From: Paraspadella gotoi
Taxonomy: Eukaryota; Animalia; Chaetognatha
DNA length: 64,000 bases
NCBI GenBank assembly: GCA_051294375.1
Contig: CM119268.1
Span: 7,088,861-7,152,860, forward strand
Direction of reading: 5' to 3'
Position numbers and translations under genes: made by a program. The notes below the pieces were generated by a model. It did not search any database. It was not told where the DNA came from and saw nothing but the letters and a program-made list of their open reading frames with translations. Below are positions 39,833 to 53,326 of the stretch, piece after piece (position 1 is the stretch's first letter; each line of letters begins with the position of its first letter).

Positions 39833-41490
39833 GTTAGCGCACTCTATCCCGCTTCCTCCTTTCTCTCTCTCTCTCATCTCTTCTCTTCTCTCAATTTTCC
39901 CGCAACAAACTCACTTTTCTGGCTTTTTTCGTCGAAAATGAAAGTTTAATGGCTCCGACGAAAAAAAAAAAAAAAAAATAAACGGCGCCATTTTTCAAAT
40001 CCAGAGTTTAAAAACTCGGAACTCTGAAAAAAATATTTACTTCCTTTGCTCAATTTTTTTTTGGGCGGAGAAATAGTAGATTTTATAAGAAAAATCATGT
40101 TTTTGGAGGTTTGGCTTTTTTTGAATCTCGATAATTGCTTTTTAATTAGTTTACTAAGTATTGTTTCGTATGTTTTACTAATATTTTTATATTTACTTAG
40201 GTATTGGTTGGCTGTTCTTCTTGTTGCCTCAAATCTTTCTTTTTTGAAAATGAAACTCATAATACTTACTTGTAGCATATAAAAACTTAATTTGTCGAGC
40301 ATTCTCAGCATCGGCCGTGAATAAATTAACAGAAACACATAGTGTTTATACTTACGGACATAATATATATCATATCATATCAAATAATAGTATATTACAT
40401 ATTATATCCACCGCTCTCTCTGCTCCAAATAGAAAAAAAAATTTCCTCTATCCATTTCTTGGGTAAAATACAAATCCCTTGGCAGAGTTTTTAAAGAAGG
40501 TTAGAGCGAGAAGTGTTTCGAAGAGAGGTCAAAGTAATGAAGGAACAGACACGGAAAAGAAAGAAAAAGACAGAAAGAGAAAGATAGAAAGAGAAGAAAA
40601 AGGGAAATGAAAGAATATGATGCAAAAGTCTAGTACTAGGTAAGTAAAGAGGGAAAAAAAATCGGCAAAGGGGCAAAGGAAAAAAAAATGTTTTTACGAA
40701 GATGAGAGAGAGAGAGAGANNNNNNNNNNNNNNNNNNNNNNNNNNNNNNNNNNNNNNNNNNNNNNNNNNNNNNNNNNNNNNNNNNNNNNNNNNNNNNNNN
40801 NNNNNNNNNNNNNNNNNNNNNNNNNNNNNNNNNNNNNNNNNNNNNNNNNNNNNNNNNGAGAGAGAGAGAGAGTAAAGAGTCAAAAGAGAAGTGGCAACGT
40901 CTGGTCCCCCTTTTTTTCCCCATTTACCAATCCCCCATTTCCTATTTTCTCCCCTCCTCCCTTTTTCTTTCCCCACGCGAAGGATTTTAATGGAAAATCG
41001 TCTTGCTGGTTTTTCCGGCGGGCATCGGTGGAGGAAAAGGAGGAAAGGAAAAAAAAAGGAGGAAGAAGAAAAGAGAAAAAGAAAAGAGAAAAAGAAAAGA
41101 GAAAAAGAAAAGAGAAAAAGAAAAGAGAAAAATAAAAGAGAGAAAAAAAAGAGAAAAACAAAAGAAGAAGAATTGAAAGAACAAAAACTAATTTGTGCCA
41201 AAAATTACGGAAATTAAAGAGTCGAAAAGATTTTGTAACGATTATTGCTCCTTGACTGTTCGTCGACTGTTGACTGTTCGTTGATTGTTCAATGAACAGT
41301 CAGAAAGTCAAAAGTCAACAGAGTCAAGACCCCAACAGTGTTCATTGTTCAACGACTGTTTTAAGGTTTTAACCTCGTGATTCTAAGTCGTACTCACGTG
41401 AAACTACGTTCATATAGCCGTTACAATGTCGTCGCATTGTAACTCTGATAATGATAGCTCAACACAGATAATATTTTGAGAAGTTTTGAG

Positions 41491-41640
41491 GTATTATTAA
41501 AAGCTGCTTGTTCGATGTTCATGTGTCTAATAATTCGTTTGGAAATGCGTTAATGAAAGAAAGTTACTGCAAAACCTTGAACTTGCGAGTTCTTGCAATT
41601 TGGCCTCGGGAGTCAACGATGTTTAAAATGTTCCATGATT
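41491..41640 (+). CDS. Putative LRR-encoding exon (boundaries uncertain, noisy sequence)
   Basis: The frame reads IIKSCLFDVHVSNNSFGNALMKESYCKTLNLRVLAIW. LFDVHVSNNSF fits LxxLxLxxNxL and is followed by LRVLAI. Confidence 0.35.
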
Positions 41641-43173
41641 GAGTCATAGTAAATGGGCGGTTGATTAAAATTAGATTGTTATCACCAGTGAAATGATTGC
41701 GATGGAACTAAAGAATAAGGTGTCTCTTTATTAACACAACATGTGCTCTGTCTCTCTCACACTCTCTCTCACTCTGTCTCTTACTTATTTGCCATTTCCT
41801 CTCTAGCTTATGCTATGGCACGAAATACAAGAGAGGAAGTTTTATTTTTTATGCTCTTTAGTTTATTATATCATATATTTTGTATTCATACAAAATCAAA
41901 TAAAACAAATAAATTTCCGTCCGTTCACGATTTGAAATACAGTATTTTAGCAATAATGATCTTTGAATTACAATTTACATTCAAAAAATGAATTTTTATT
42001 ATCAAAGAAAAACTAAGATTTTTAAGAATTTAAAAACTGCAAAATTATGACAAATACCAAAAATAAAATACAGAAGATATTGTATGAAAAAAAGCCTAAA
42101 ATACTAAAAAAGCTAAAAAAGATACTGACAAAAAAAAAGTGTGAAAAATAATAAAAACTGCACAGATCCAGATTCTTGTATCTCCCGACAAAACGAACTT
42201 ACGTTTATGGTCAGCGGTCATCTTGTTACTCTCTCTCTCTGTTTCTCTCTCTCTCTCACTCTCTCTCTNNNNNNNNNNNNNNNNNNNNNNNNNTCTCCTC
42301 TCTCCTCTTCTGTTTTCTTTCCTCCATTAATTCTTTCATTACCCTTTTATTCGGCCGGAAAAGACATTTGTTGGGTAGGAGTCCGCGCTCGCCTGGCGAC
42401 CATTAAGGAGAGCTGTTTTTGGTGTCTCTCTTCTCTCTCTCTCTCTCTCCTCTTCTCTCTCTCTCTCTTCTCTTCTCCTCTCTTCTTCTCTCTCTCTCTC
42501 TTCTCTCTCTCTTTTCTTCCTCGGGGGGGAATCGGAATGTTTTTATAAGGGCCCGCCCTATGGACCCGAAAAAAGACGTTTTACTCCCTTTTGTTCTACG
42601 TCACGAGCGCCAGAAGGGTGAGAAGGATCAGTTGAATAACAGGCCAAGGGGGTTCCGTGTGTGAGAGGAAGGTGTGTGAAAGGAAAAAAGGAGAGGATTG
42701 CAAAAGTGTGTTTGTTGGAACGTGATGTGAAGTCGGTGAAACTGTGAAATAACGGAAAGAATGGGAAAGAAGATAAATAAGGAGGATTAGTTTGTTGAAG
42801 TAAGTTTGGGGGAAGATGAGCGCTATGAAGGAATTAGCCGCAGAGCAGAGGAGAGGAGAGAGAGAGAGAGAGGAAATAAAAGGAATATGTATGGGGAACG
42901 ATGTTAACATACATTACTTTCATACAATTGAAAACATTCTTTGAAAATATTTTCCACTTCATTGATAGGCGAAGCTCAGGTACTTCTGGGAGTGAAATTA
43001 AACGAGAGGGACTTGTGAGAGGAGTCTTGGATTGGAAAGCTTGCAGGCGAACCCTGCTATGTCAATTATCTTGTATAAGAGTGATTGGAGCCTTAAACCA
43101 CCCAAAGACTGTCCAAAGTCAGGGGCAAGATAAGGCTTATTTATTGAATGAAATGGATAATTTTTATGAGTTG

Positions 43174-43485
43174 CTGTGGGCGCGCCAGCAAAGACTGAAA
43201 GTTATGCCTCACTGCTGTCCGTCCTCAGTCTGTTCTCAATGGCGAGCAGGGCAAATCCATTTCTCATTCCATCCGTGGGCGTCCCGGGTTTCAATCGCCC
43301 TGGCGGCGGTATTTCCCGGTTTCTGGCTTAATTGTTATTTGTACGGTTGCCCGTAATAAAACATGGGCCAGTGACAGAGGCCCGGTCAACTGAGGGTCCC
43401 GCAAGAGCCCTTACGCCAGTTTGGTGAGAGAGTACCCCGCGCCCGGGGGGGTATCACAGGCTATCCTCCCGTTTTGCCCAATTGG
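43174..43485 (+). mobile_element. ~310-bp GC-rich insertion into a family A repeat, possibly a tRNA-derived SINE
   Basis: Family A reads ttttatattagttgtaccaatttcat at ~9515 but is split here as ...ttttatgagttg[insert]ttgttgtaccaaattcat. The insert has A-box-like ttctcaatggcgagc and B-box-like cccgggtttcaatcgccc. Confidence 0.45.
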
Positions 43486-44271
43486 TTGTTGTACCAAATT
43501 CATTAAACTTTTATTCTGCCAAAAATTCCATTAAAGTGGTTTTGTCAAAAAAATCTCCCGTTTAAAATGTTTGATAAAAGAAACCTCGATGGTAGTACGT
43601 AATAAAAAAAATATATTGCAAAACCGCCGCTATCGTATATTACTAACTTCTATCTTAAGAGGAGAAAATAAGGAAAAGAAAAATTGAAATGCTCTGGGGG
43701 TGAAAAAAAAGAACTTCCATTGTTTACTCGGGGTAAAAAACATTCTTTTCATTAAGCTTCTATTCACACGTCAAAAAAAAGTGAGGGGAGAAAAATTTAG
43801 GGAAAAGGATAAATATCTCTCGAATGAAGACAGGGAGAGCAGACGAGGAGGAGAAGAGAGAGAGAGCGGAGCAGAGAGAGAGAAGAGAGAGGGAAGACAG
43901 AAAAGCGGAGAAGAAAGAGAAATAAGAAGATAAAAGAGGCAAGAGAGAGAGAAAGAGAGAGAGAGATTAATCCTTTGATTCCAATCTTCCCTTCTCGATT
44001 TTTTATTCTTCTCCTCAAATTTTCTTATTTGTTTGTTTTCTTCTTTTCTCTCTTGATTTTCTCTTTTATCTTTTTCTTTCTTTTCTCCTTTTTCTTTCTT
44101 TATTCTCTACAGAATCACCCCTTTCTTTATTCCTCGGCTTCAACTTTCTCTCCCTTTTTTCTCTTCTTTTTTTCTTTCCTTCAAAATTCTTTCTTTGTCC
44201 AAAACGTCCGGTAAGAAATTCCCCCTTCCATTCTTTTGAAATTTCTCTCTTCTCTCTCGTTCTTCTCTCTC

Positions 44272-44315
<44 letters not shown>

Positions 44316-45889
44316 CTCCTCTCTCTCTCTCTCCTCTCTCTTCTCTCTCTCTTCTTCTCGCCGTTGAATAATCTTTTTTCCATTTCCCGTTCTCGATGCA
44401 ATTCGACGTTCTAGAACACCCTTTTTCGCGCGTGACTTTTTTTCCCTTGCCTTTATTTTAGCTTCGGAACCTACGTTAGAAAAAACGAACTTTTTAGTCA
44501 CAATTATTATAATCGATTTTGGTGTGTATGTAAAAAAAACGGTTATCAACGTAGGTGTATAGTGCTAATTTGAACAGTTAAATATTTAGCGTTTTGTTGA
44601 ATTTTGGTTGGTATTATCTACATTTCTCGTCTGTTATTTCATATGTCTTCCATATTCGCCAATGTTTTGCATCGTCAAATTATCTCTTGGCGAAAAAAAT
44701 CTTACTCTCAAACGACATTGTCTCAATTTTTGTATTGTCTACTTTGGATTATTTACAGACAAAAATAATTACAACGCTTGCCAATTAGTTAAACCATTTA
44801 TTGAAGGAGGACCAAATTGAAATAAAAATATTTTCGTCAGAATGCAAGTTAATTGGAAATTGTAAAACTTTTTAATCGGTTTTATTTCTTTGTCCCGACA
44901 AAAATTGTAATTTTCCTTCAGTGGCCATTGTCCTAATACTCTCGCATTTCAGTGCCATTCAAGAAAACCCAGGGACTTACACAGTTCAATCGACAGAAAA
45001 ATTGAGAAAAGGGGATTGAAAATGAAAACAGTTGACGGACAAGAACAAAGAAAAAGAAAAGAAGGAAAGTGAAAAAAAGTTCACCCTGCCTGAAAAAAAA
45101 AAAAGCGAAAGGAAGGAAAAGGCGCAAACAAAGTGAACTATCGAGGTCAATGGAGAAACCGGATTTGCTTTCGATTCAGTGGAACCGCAAGACCGGCGAC
45201 AAACTTCGGGAGATGCAAATTGCTTGGAGATGGCTTTGGGGAGATGCCAATGTCGGTGAGCAATGTGTGATGCCAATGTGGCTGATGCAAATGTGGCAGA
45301 TTTTGCAATGTGGAGATGCAATGGGGGAAGACAAATGGGAGAATGGCAATGAGGAAGCCAATGGGGAGGCATGCAATGCGGGAGTTGAAATGGGGGCTTC
45401 ATTCTTGGAGAGTGCAATGGGTAGATTCAATGGCGGACATATGCAATTGGCAGATCAACGTTGATAATTTAAAAGGGAAAATTACAACGGGCGAGATGCC
45501 CAATGCGTGGTTTCAATTGGGGAGAGAGGATGCCAAAGGAGAAAGGCAACAAGACTTTTTTGAGAAGGGCCGGAGTCAAAGAATTGCAAAAACGAGACAA
45601 ACCTAGAGAGGAGAGAGAGAGAGAAGAGAAGAGAGAGAGAGAAGAGAGAGAGAGAGAGAAGAGACAGAGAGAAGAGAGGAAGAAGGCGTCGGTGGAGGAT
45701 CGTGACCCTCGGCTGGAAAAAAATTCCCGGAGCTGAGAGGATGAACGTCTCTCTCTCTCTCTCTTCTCTTCCTCTCTCCTCTGCTCTCTTCTGCCGCTCT
45801 CTCTCCTCTCTCTCTCTCTCTCTTCTCTCCTCTCCTCTTTCTTCTCTCTCTCTCTCTCTTCTTCTTCTCTCTCATCCATTCCCGCCGAG

Positions 45890-46223
45890 TTTTTTTGGAT
45901 TGTTCTACGTTGTTTACGTTCCTGTCGTCGTTTACGCGGCTGCGGGCGTGTCATCTTAGATCGGGAACAGGAGAAGCCCGGGCCTTTTGTGCGTGGCGTC
46001 GTGCGGTGCACCGTGTTCGAGACCCCGCGCGTGTGAGAGCCGAAGCCACGGTTGCCACGAGCCAGCGGTTTGTGCCCACTCCCGCTGCGAGCGGACCGCC
46101 CGGCAATTCAACGTGGCAGACAGATGCTCTGGATTGTCAACGTGCGCCACACAAACGTAAAGCGCCTCGTTTAGCGAACGGCGAACGTGCAGTCGACTTA
46201 GGGAGCTAACTCGTTTTTCGTGG
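45890..46223 (+). CDS. Last LRR + LRRCT + start of Ig domain exon (LRRN/LINGO-like), copy 1, frameshifted by sequence noise
   Basis: My by-eye consensus of the two copies reads approximately LFTSLSSLRRLSLDREQEKPAFCACVVR...ATVHEP..C...AFNVADRCSGCQR...LANDVAVDLGSELVFRL. Donor |gtgagt. Confidence 0.65.
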
Positions 46224-47806
46224 GTGAGTCTTGTCGTACAATTCTGATCTTCTCACCTCTCTTTTTTTCCCGCTTGTTGAGATCTCCACACTTCTTTGGC
46301 CATTTTAGTTAGCTTTAAATCGTGTCTGTATTGTTTCAGTCAATTTTAGTTAAATAATTGAAAAACTCAATGCTAATATTTAAAACAGGCTCGCATGGTG
46401 GTGATACGTTACGTTTAATATTTATAATTCATATTTTTCGAATTTCAAAAAAACAGAAATTTATTATTTGCAAATGAGGTTCGTAAAACGAGGCTTGTCG
46501 AAAACAAACCGAACCATTCAAATAGGGTCTTAAACTTTCATTTCCTCCTTTTCTTATTTTCTCTTAATCTCTCTTATCTTGTACTTCATCTTCTCTATCT
46601 TAATTATCTGCTATTCTTTTCTTTTTGTAAATCTCTTTCTCCTCTATTCTCTTCGAACTTATCTATTCATTTCTTCTTTTCTCTCTGTGATTTAATTCGC
46701 AAAGAACAAACAAAAAAGCAACAATGGAAAAAGCTCGTTCTCCCTCGGACGTTTCCATTTGACGAAAAGCCTCTCGCTAATAAAAGTATAAACTCATCTC
46801 ACAATAAAAAATTTTTCCCCTCGCTGAATTAACCGGACTCCACCTCTTCCCACTCCAGAAACCGGCCCTCGTACACCTGATATGTATCGAAACGTTAGAG
46901 TCGCAAAATGAGATACTGACTACTTTATTCATGTTTATTGACAAGAGAGAGGAGAGAGAGAGTGAGAGTGAGAGAGAGAGAGGAATTTTATTACCTCCGC
47001 GCGTTCGCCCCCTTTTCTCTCATCCTGTCCAAGCTACAAAGACGGTTTTCCCTCTTCGGACGAGTTTAAAAAAAAAAAAGTTTTTATTGGGAAAAACGGA
47101 TTTATTCAAGTTTATTTTTTCTATTTGTCATTTTCACTTTGGGCGGACGTTGGTTACGAGGGCGTCGCGCATTGGCCAAACTGCGCGGCCAGCATCTGCT
47201 GTAATAATTTGTTGTCAACTCTAAACGTTTACCCCATCTGAAACCAGCAAAGCTATTGGGAAGTTGCAACTCGCCGCGTGTACGGCCATCGGAGATGGCC
47301 ATAATTCCAACAGCGTGGAATGTGAGTTACAGCTTAAGCACGGTCAGCTCAAACATTGGTCATTCTGCCGTCGGCGGTACTAATATTAAATTTCTGTAGG
47401 TGGCCGATATTGCAAAAAAAAAATTATAAATCCGAAATCTGATAATAACAGATAAACTTAATCAAAGTTAAAGCTAAACTATAAACTTACGTACGTATAT
47501 TTTCTTATTTACATACATAGGAGCGAAAAAGATGAACGAAGAATTCTTTGCGCCTTTTTTTAAGCAAAGAAATTCTTAAAAAAGCGTCGTAGAACAAAGA
47601 GAAATAAATAAAGCTCCCGAAATATCGAATATATATAAACTCGAATTATCGCCGAAGAAAAAAAAAATGTAAACAAACGAGCGAAAGCAAAAATACAGCT
47701 GATAAATATCGCAGTGAACATCCGTGAGGACGAAGGTACAAGAAAAAAGAGAAAATAAAAAAAAAATTTGGAAAACAAACATTTCCCGGTTAATCTTTGA
47801 ACCCAG

Positions 47807-47949
47807 ACTCGTGGCGGAACGGAAAATGAAAAAAAACTCGGTTATTCAACCGGAGGTTGGCTCCGGTCGGTTCGAGGATGGGTGGGAGGAGAGAAGCGTA
47901 CTGGCGTGGAAAACCCCACGCGGCCCTATCGCCTCTAGGGGGGGAAGAG
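47807..47949 (+). CDS. Ig-domain exon (B-strand Cys to C-strand Trp) of the LRR-Ig gene; copy 2 starts at 52771
   Basis: cccag| acceptor and AG|gtatgt donor. The copy-2 phase-1 join gives ELVFRL-D-SCDGMK, continuing in copy 1 as KNSVIQPEVGSGRFEDGWEERSVLAWKTPRGPIASRGGR (WxTPxG as in LRRN-type Ig domains). Confidence 0.65.
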
Positions 47950-48509
47950 GTATGTTGACAACAGAATCCGATTTCTTTAATGTTAATGTTTTTTTTTTGG
48001 CCTTTTGGAAGATACACAGGAAGTTCGATTTCAGGTGAAAGAAAAAATTTAAGAAGATAAATCATCTCTTCTTTTTCTCGTCACGAGGCGAGGGTGAGAA
48101 AAGGTGAGTCAGGGTGAGTTAAGGCAAGGTCGTGTGAGAGGAAAGTGTGAAAGAAAAAGTGAGGATTGCAAAAGTGTGAAATAAGGGAAGAATGGGAAGA
48201 AGANNNNNNNNNNNNNNNNNNNNNNNNNNNNNNNNNNNNNNNNNNNNNNNNNNNNNNNNNNNNNNNNNNATTAAAGTGGTTTTGTCAAAAAATCTCGTTA
48301 AAATGTTGATAAAAATGAACCTCGATGGTAGTAATAAAATATATTGCATTAACCGCCGGTATATTACTACTTCTATCTTAAGAAAAGTAAATTGAATGCT
48401 TGGGGTGAAAAAGAACTTCCATTGTACTCGGGTAAAAAACATTTTTTTCACTTAATTATCACACGTCAAAAAAAAGTGAGAAAATTAGAAAGATAATATC
48501 TCTTCGAGG

Positions 48510-48543
<34 letters not shown>

Positions 48544-48880
48544 GAGAGAGAGAACAGAAAAGCGAGAAAGAGAAATAAAGAGAGATAAAGAGAGAGAGAG
48601 AGAAAGAGAGAGAGAGATTAATCCTTGATTCAATCTCCCTTTCGATTTTTATTCTTCTCTCAAATTTTCTTATTTGTTTGTTTTTCTTCTTTTTCTCTCT
48701 TGATTTTTCTTTCTTTTTATCTTTTTCTTTCTTTCTCCTTTTTCTTTCTTTATCTCTACAGAATCACCCCTTTCTTTATCCTCGGCTTCACTTTCTCTCC
48801 CTTTTTTCTTTCTTTTTTTCTTTTCTCTTCAATTCTTTCTTGTCAAACGTCGTAAGAAAATTCCCCTTCCATTCTTTTGA

Positions 48881-48914
<34 letters not shown>

Positions 48915-51061
48915 NNNNNNNNNNNNNNNNNNNNNNNNNNNNNNNNNNNNNNNNNNNNNNNNNNNNNNNNNNNNNNNNNNNNNNNNNNNNNNNNNNNNNN
49001 NNNNNNNNNNNNNNNNNNNNNNNNNNNNNNNNNNNNNNNNNNNNNNNNNNNNNNNNNNNNNNNNNNNNNNNNNNNNNNNNNNNNNNNNNNNNNNNNNNNN
49101 NNNNNNNNNNNNNNNNNNNNNNNNNNNNNNNNNNNNNNNNNNNNNNNNNNNNNNNNNNNNNNNNNNNNNNNNNNNNNNNNNNNNNNNNNNNNNNNNNNNN
49201 NNNNNNNNNNNNNNNNNNNNNNNNNNNNNNNNNNNNNNNNNNNNNNNNNNNNNNNNNNNNNNNNNNNNNNNNNNNNNNNNNNNNNNNNNNNNNNNNNNNN
49301 NNNNNNNNNNNNNNNNNNNNNNNNNNNNNNNNNNNNNNNNNNNNNNNNNNNNNNNNNNNNNNNNNNNNNNNNNNNNNNNNNNNNNNNNNNNNNNNNNNNN
49401 NNNNNNNNNNNNNNNNNNNNNNNNNNNNNNNNNNNNNNNNNNNNNNNNNNNNNNNNNNNNNNNNNNNNNNNNNNNNNNNNNNNNNNNNNNNNNNNNNNNN
49501 NNNNNNNNNNNNNNNNNNNNNNNNNNNNNNNNNNNNNNNNNNNNNNNNNNNNNNNNNNNNNNNNNNNNNNNNNNNNNNNNNNNNNNNNNNNNNNNNNNNN
49601 NNNNNNNNNNNNNNNNNNNNNNNNNNNNGTTGAATAATTTTTCCATTCCGTTGAGAATTCGAGTTTGAACCTTTTCGCGCGGGATTTTTTTTCCCTTGCT
49701 TTATTTTAGTTCGACCTACGTTAGAAACGATTTGTCAATTATTATTAATCGATTTTGGTGTAACGGTTATCAACGTTAGTGTATAGTGTAATTTGAAAGT
49801 AATATTTAGCGTTTTTGTTGATGTTTGGGTATTATCTAAGTCTCGTCTGTTATTGTCATATGTCTCCATATTCGCCAATGTTTTGATCGTCAATTTATCT
49901 CTTGGGAAAAAATCTTACTCTCAAACGACATTGTCTCATTTTGTATGTTACTTTGGATTATTTACAGACAAATATACAACGCTTGCATTAGTTAACCATT
50001 TTATTGAGAGGACCAAATTGAAAATAAAATCTTTTCGTCAAATGCAGTTAATGAAATTGTAAAACTTTTTATCGGTTTATTTCTTTTGTCCGACAAATTG
50101 TAATTTTCCTCAGTGCATTGTCCTAATACTCTCGCATTTCAGTGCATCAGAACCCAGGACTACAGTCAATGACAGAAAATTGAGAAATGGGATTGAAAAT
50201 GAAACAGTTGACGACAAGAAAAAGAAAAGAAAAGAAGAAAGTGAAAGGAAAGGTTCACCTGCTGAAAAAAAAAAAGGAAAGGAAGGAAAGGGCAAAAAGT
50301 GAACTATCGAGGTCAATGGAGAAACCGGATGCTTTCGATTCAGGTGGAACCGAAGACCGGGACAAACTCGGAGATGCAATGTGGAGATGCTTTTGGGGAG
50401 ATGCAATGTGGTGATGCAATNNNNNNNNNNNNNNNNNNNNNNNNNNNNNNNNNNNNNNNNNNNNNNNNNNNNNNNNNNNNNNNNNNNNNNNNNNNNNNNN
50501 NNNNNNNNNNNNNNNNNNNNNNNNNNNNNNNNNNNNNNNNNNNNNNNNNNNNNNNNNNNNNNNNNNNNNNNNNNNNNNNNNNNNNNNNNNNNNNNNNNNN
50601 NNNNNNNNNNNNNNNNNNNNNNNNNNNNNNNNNNNNNNNNNNNNNNNNNNNNNNNNNNNNNNNNNNNNNNNNNNNNNNNNNNNNNNNNNNNNNNNNNNNN
50701 NNNNNNNNNNNNNNNNNNNNNNNNNNNNNNNNNNNNNNNNNNNNNNNNNNNNNNNNNNNNNNNNNNNNNNNNNNNNNNNNNNNNNNNNNNNNNNNNNNNN
50801 NNNNNNNNNNNNNNNNNNNNNNNNNNNNNNNNNNNNNNNNNNNNNNNNNNNNNNNNNNNNNNNNNNNNNNNNNNNNNNNNNNNNNNNNNNNNNNNNNNNN
50901 NNNNNNNNNNNNNNNNNNNNNNNNNNNNNNNNNNNNNNNNNNNNNNNNNNNNNNNNNNNNNNNNNNNNNNNNNNNNNNNNNNNNNNNNNNNNNNNNNNNN
51001 NNNNNNNNNNNNNNNNNNNNNNNNNNNNNNNNNNNNNNNNNNNNNNNNNNNNNNNNNNNNN

Positions 51062-51348
51062 TGTTTACGTTGTTTACGTCCTGTCGTCGTTACGGCTGGC
51101 GTTTGTCGTTAGATCGGGAACAGGAGAAGCCGGCCTTTTGTGCGTGCGTCGTGCGTGCACCGTGTTCGAGACCGCGCGCGTGTGAGAGCCGAGCCACGGT
51201 GCACGAGCCAGGGTGTGCACTCGCGCGAGCGACGCGGCATTCAACGTGGCAGACAGATGCTCTGGATGTCAACGTGGCACACAACGTAGCGCTCGTTTAG
51301 CGAACGACGTGGCAGTCGACTTAGGGAGCGAACTCGTTTTTCGTTTGG
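51062..51348 (+). CDS. Copy 2 of the LRR/LRRCT/Ig exon (5' part in gap)
   Basis: Track ORFs 50299-51300 (RLSLDREQEKPAFCACVVR) and 51213-51428 (NDVAVDLGSELVFRL) give the two halves. Donor TTG G|gtgagt. Confidence 0.6.
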
Positions 51349-51986
51349 GTGAGTCTGTCGTAAATTCTGATCTCTCACTCTCTTTTTTCCCGCTTGTTGA
51401 GAATCTCCACACTCTTTTGGCATTTTAGTTAGCTTTAAATCGTGTATTGTTCAGTAATTTTAGTTAATAATTGAACTAATGCTAATATTTTAAACAGGTG
51501 ATTGTGGTGATACGTACGTTTAATATTTATAATTCATATTTTTCGATCAAACAGAATTTATATGCAAATGAGGTTCGTAACGAGGCTTGTCGAAAACAAA
51601 CGACCATTCCAATAGGTCTAACTCATTTCCTTCCTTTTCTATTTTCTCTTATCTCTCTTATCTTTGTACTCATCTCTTATCTTAATTATCTGCTATTCTT
51701 TTCTTTTTGTAAATCTCTTCTCCTCTATTCTCTCGACTTATCTATCATTCTTTTCTTTTCTCTCGTGATTTAATTTCGAAGAACAACAAAGCAACAATGA
51801 AAACTCGTTCCCCTCGGACGTTCCATTGACGAAAGCCTCTCACTGAATAAAGTATAAACTCATCTCACAATAAAAATTTTCCCCTCGTTGAATAACGACT
51901 CACCTCTCCCATCAGAACGGCCTCGTACACTCTGATATGTATCGACGTTAGAGTCGCAAAATGAGATACTACTACTTTATTATGTT

Positions 51987-52025
<39 letters not shown>

Positions 52026-53270
52026 TTATTACCTGCCGCGCGTTCGCCTTTCTCTCATTTTCCTGTCCAGCTACAGAGGTTCCCTCTTCGACGAGTTTAA
52101 AAAAAAAAAGTTTTTATTGGAAAAACGGATTTATTCCAAGTATTTTTTATTTTGTTATTTTCACTTTGGCGACGTTGGTTAAGAGGCGTCGGCATTGGCA
52201 AACTGCGCGCCAGCATCTGTGTAATAATTTGTGTCACTTAACGTTACCATCTGAACCAGCAGCTGTATTGGAAGTTGCAACTCGCCGGTGTACGGCATCG
52301 GAGATGGCATATTCAACAGCGTTGGAATGTGAGTTACAGCTAGCAGTCAGCTCAAACATTGTCATTTGCGTCGGGCGTACTATTAATTTGTAGGTGGCCG
52401 ATATGAAAAAAAAAATTATAATCCGAAATCTGATAATAACAGATAACTTTAATCAAAGTTAAAGTTAAACTATAACTACGTATATTTTTTATTTTTACAT
52501 ACATAGGAGGAAAAGATGAAAAGAATCTTTGGCTTTTTTTAAGAAAGAAATTCTTAAAAAGGTCGTAGGAACAAAGAGAAATAAATAAAGCTCCCGAATA
52601 TCGAAATATATATAAACTCGAATTTCGCGAGAAAAAAAAATGTAAACAACCGAGCGAAAGCAAAATACAGTGAAATATCGCGTGAACATCCGTGAGGATC
52701 GAAGGTAAAGAAAAAGAGAAATAAAAAAAAATTTTGGACAAACATTTCCCGGTTAATCTTTTGAACCCAGACTCGTGCGACGGAATGAAAAANNNNNNNN
52801 NNNNNNNNNNNNNNNNNNNNNNNNNNNNNNNNNNNNNNNNNNNNNNNNNNNNNNNNNNNNNNNNNNNNNNNNNNNNNNNNNNNNNNNNNNNNNNNNNNNN
52901 NNNNNNNNNNNNNNNNNNNNNNNNNNNNNNNNNNNNNNNNNNNNNNNNNNNNNNNNNNNNNNNNNNNNNNNNNNNNNNNNNNNNNNNNNNNNNNNNNNNN
53001 NNNNNNNNNNNNNNNNNNNNNNNNNNNNNNNNNNNNNNNNNNNNNNNNNNNNATTTTGAAAAAAATAAGGAACGAGAGATCGGAAATGCATCGTTAATAT
53101 AATTATAGAAATTGAACTGTTAAATGGAAAGCTTAATTGATTTGATTAAAAATATTTTTTTTAATTGGTATAGCCATTGTTGTAATCCTTTCTTTTCGTT
53201 GTGTTGTAGAGATAACAAAGAAATTATTTAGTTTTCAAACAAAGATTTTATTTTTCATAATTGTACAGGT

Positions 53271-53326
<56 letters not shown>

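Larger units (their letters stand above)
42600..52792. repeat. ~5-kb tandem duplication (copy 1 ~42600-47830; copy 2 ~48080-52792), probably a long-read gap-fill artefact
   Basis: Colinear matches such as 43530/48270, 44370/49630, 45960/51112 and 47807/52771. Differences are overwhelmingly 1-2 nt indels that break coding frames. Confidence 0.85.

Noticed and set aside
39616-39843. Minus-strand PB1/ubiquitin-like reading (LTVKIVWG...STLHMVLSSNEEPDAVSI)
   Set aside because: Minus-strand splice sites are poor. The plus strand has a branch point, a NAGNAG acceptor and a phase matching the upstream signal exon. Not fully excluded.
47130-47385. GC-richer segment as an additional Ig exon (CTASE...)
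   Set aside because: The flanking exons already join in phase without it, the two copies give inconsistent frames, and there are no clear splice sites.
51107-51125. Cadherin LDRE motif (SLDREQ)
   Set aside because: The surrounding sequence fits LRR followed by LRRCT, not a cadherin repeat.
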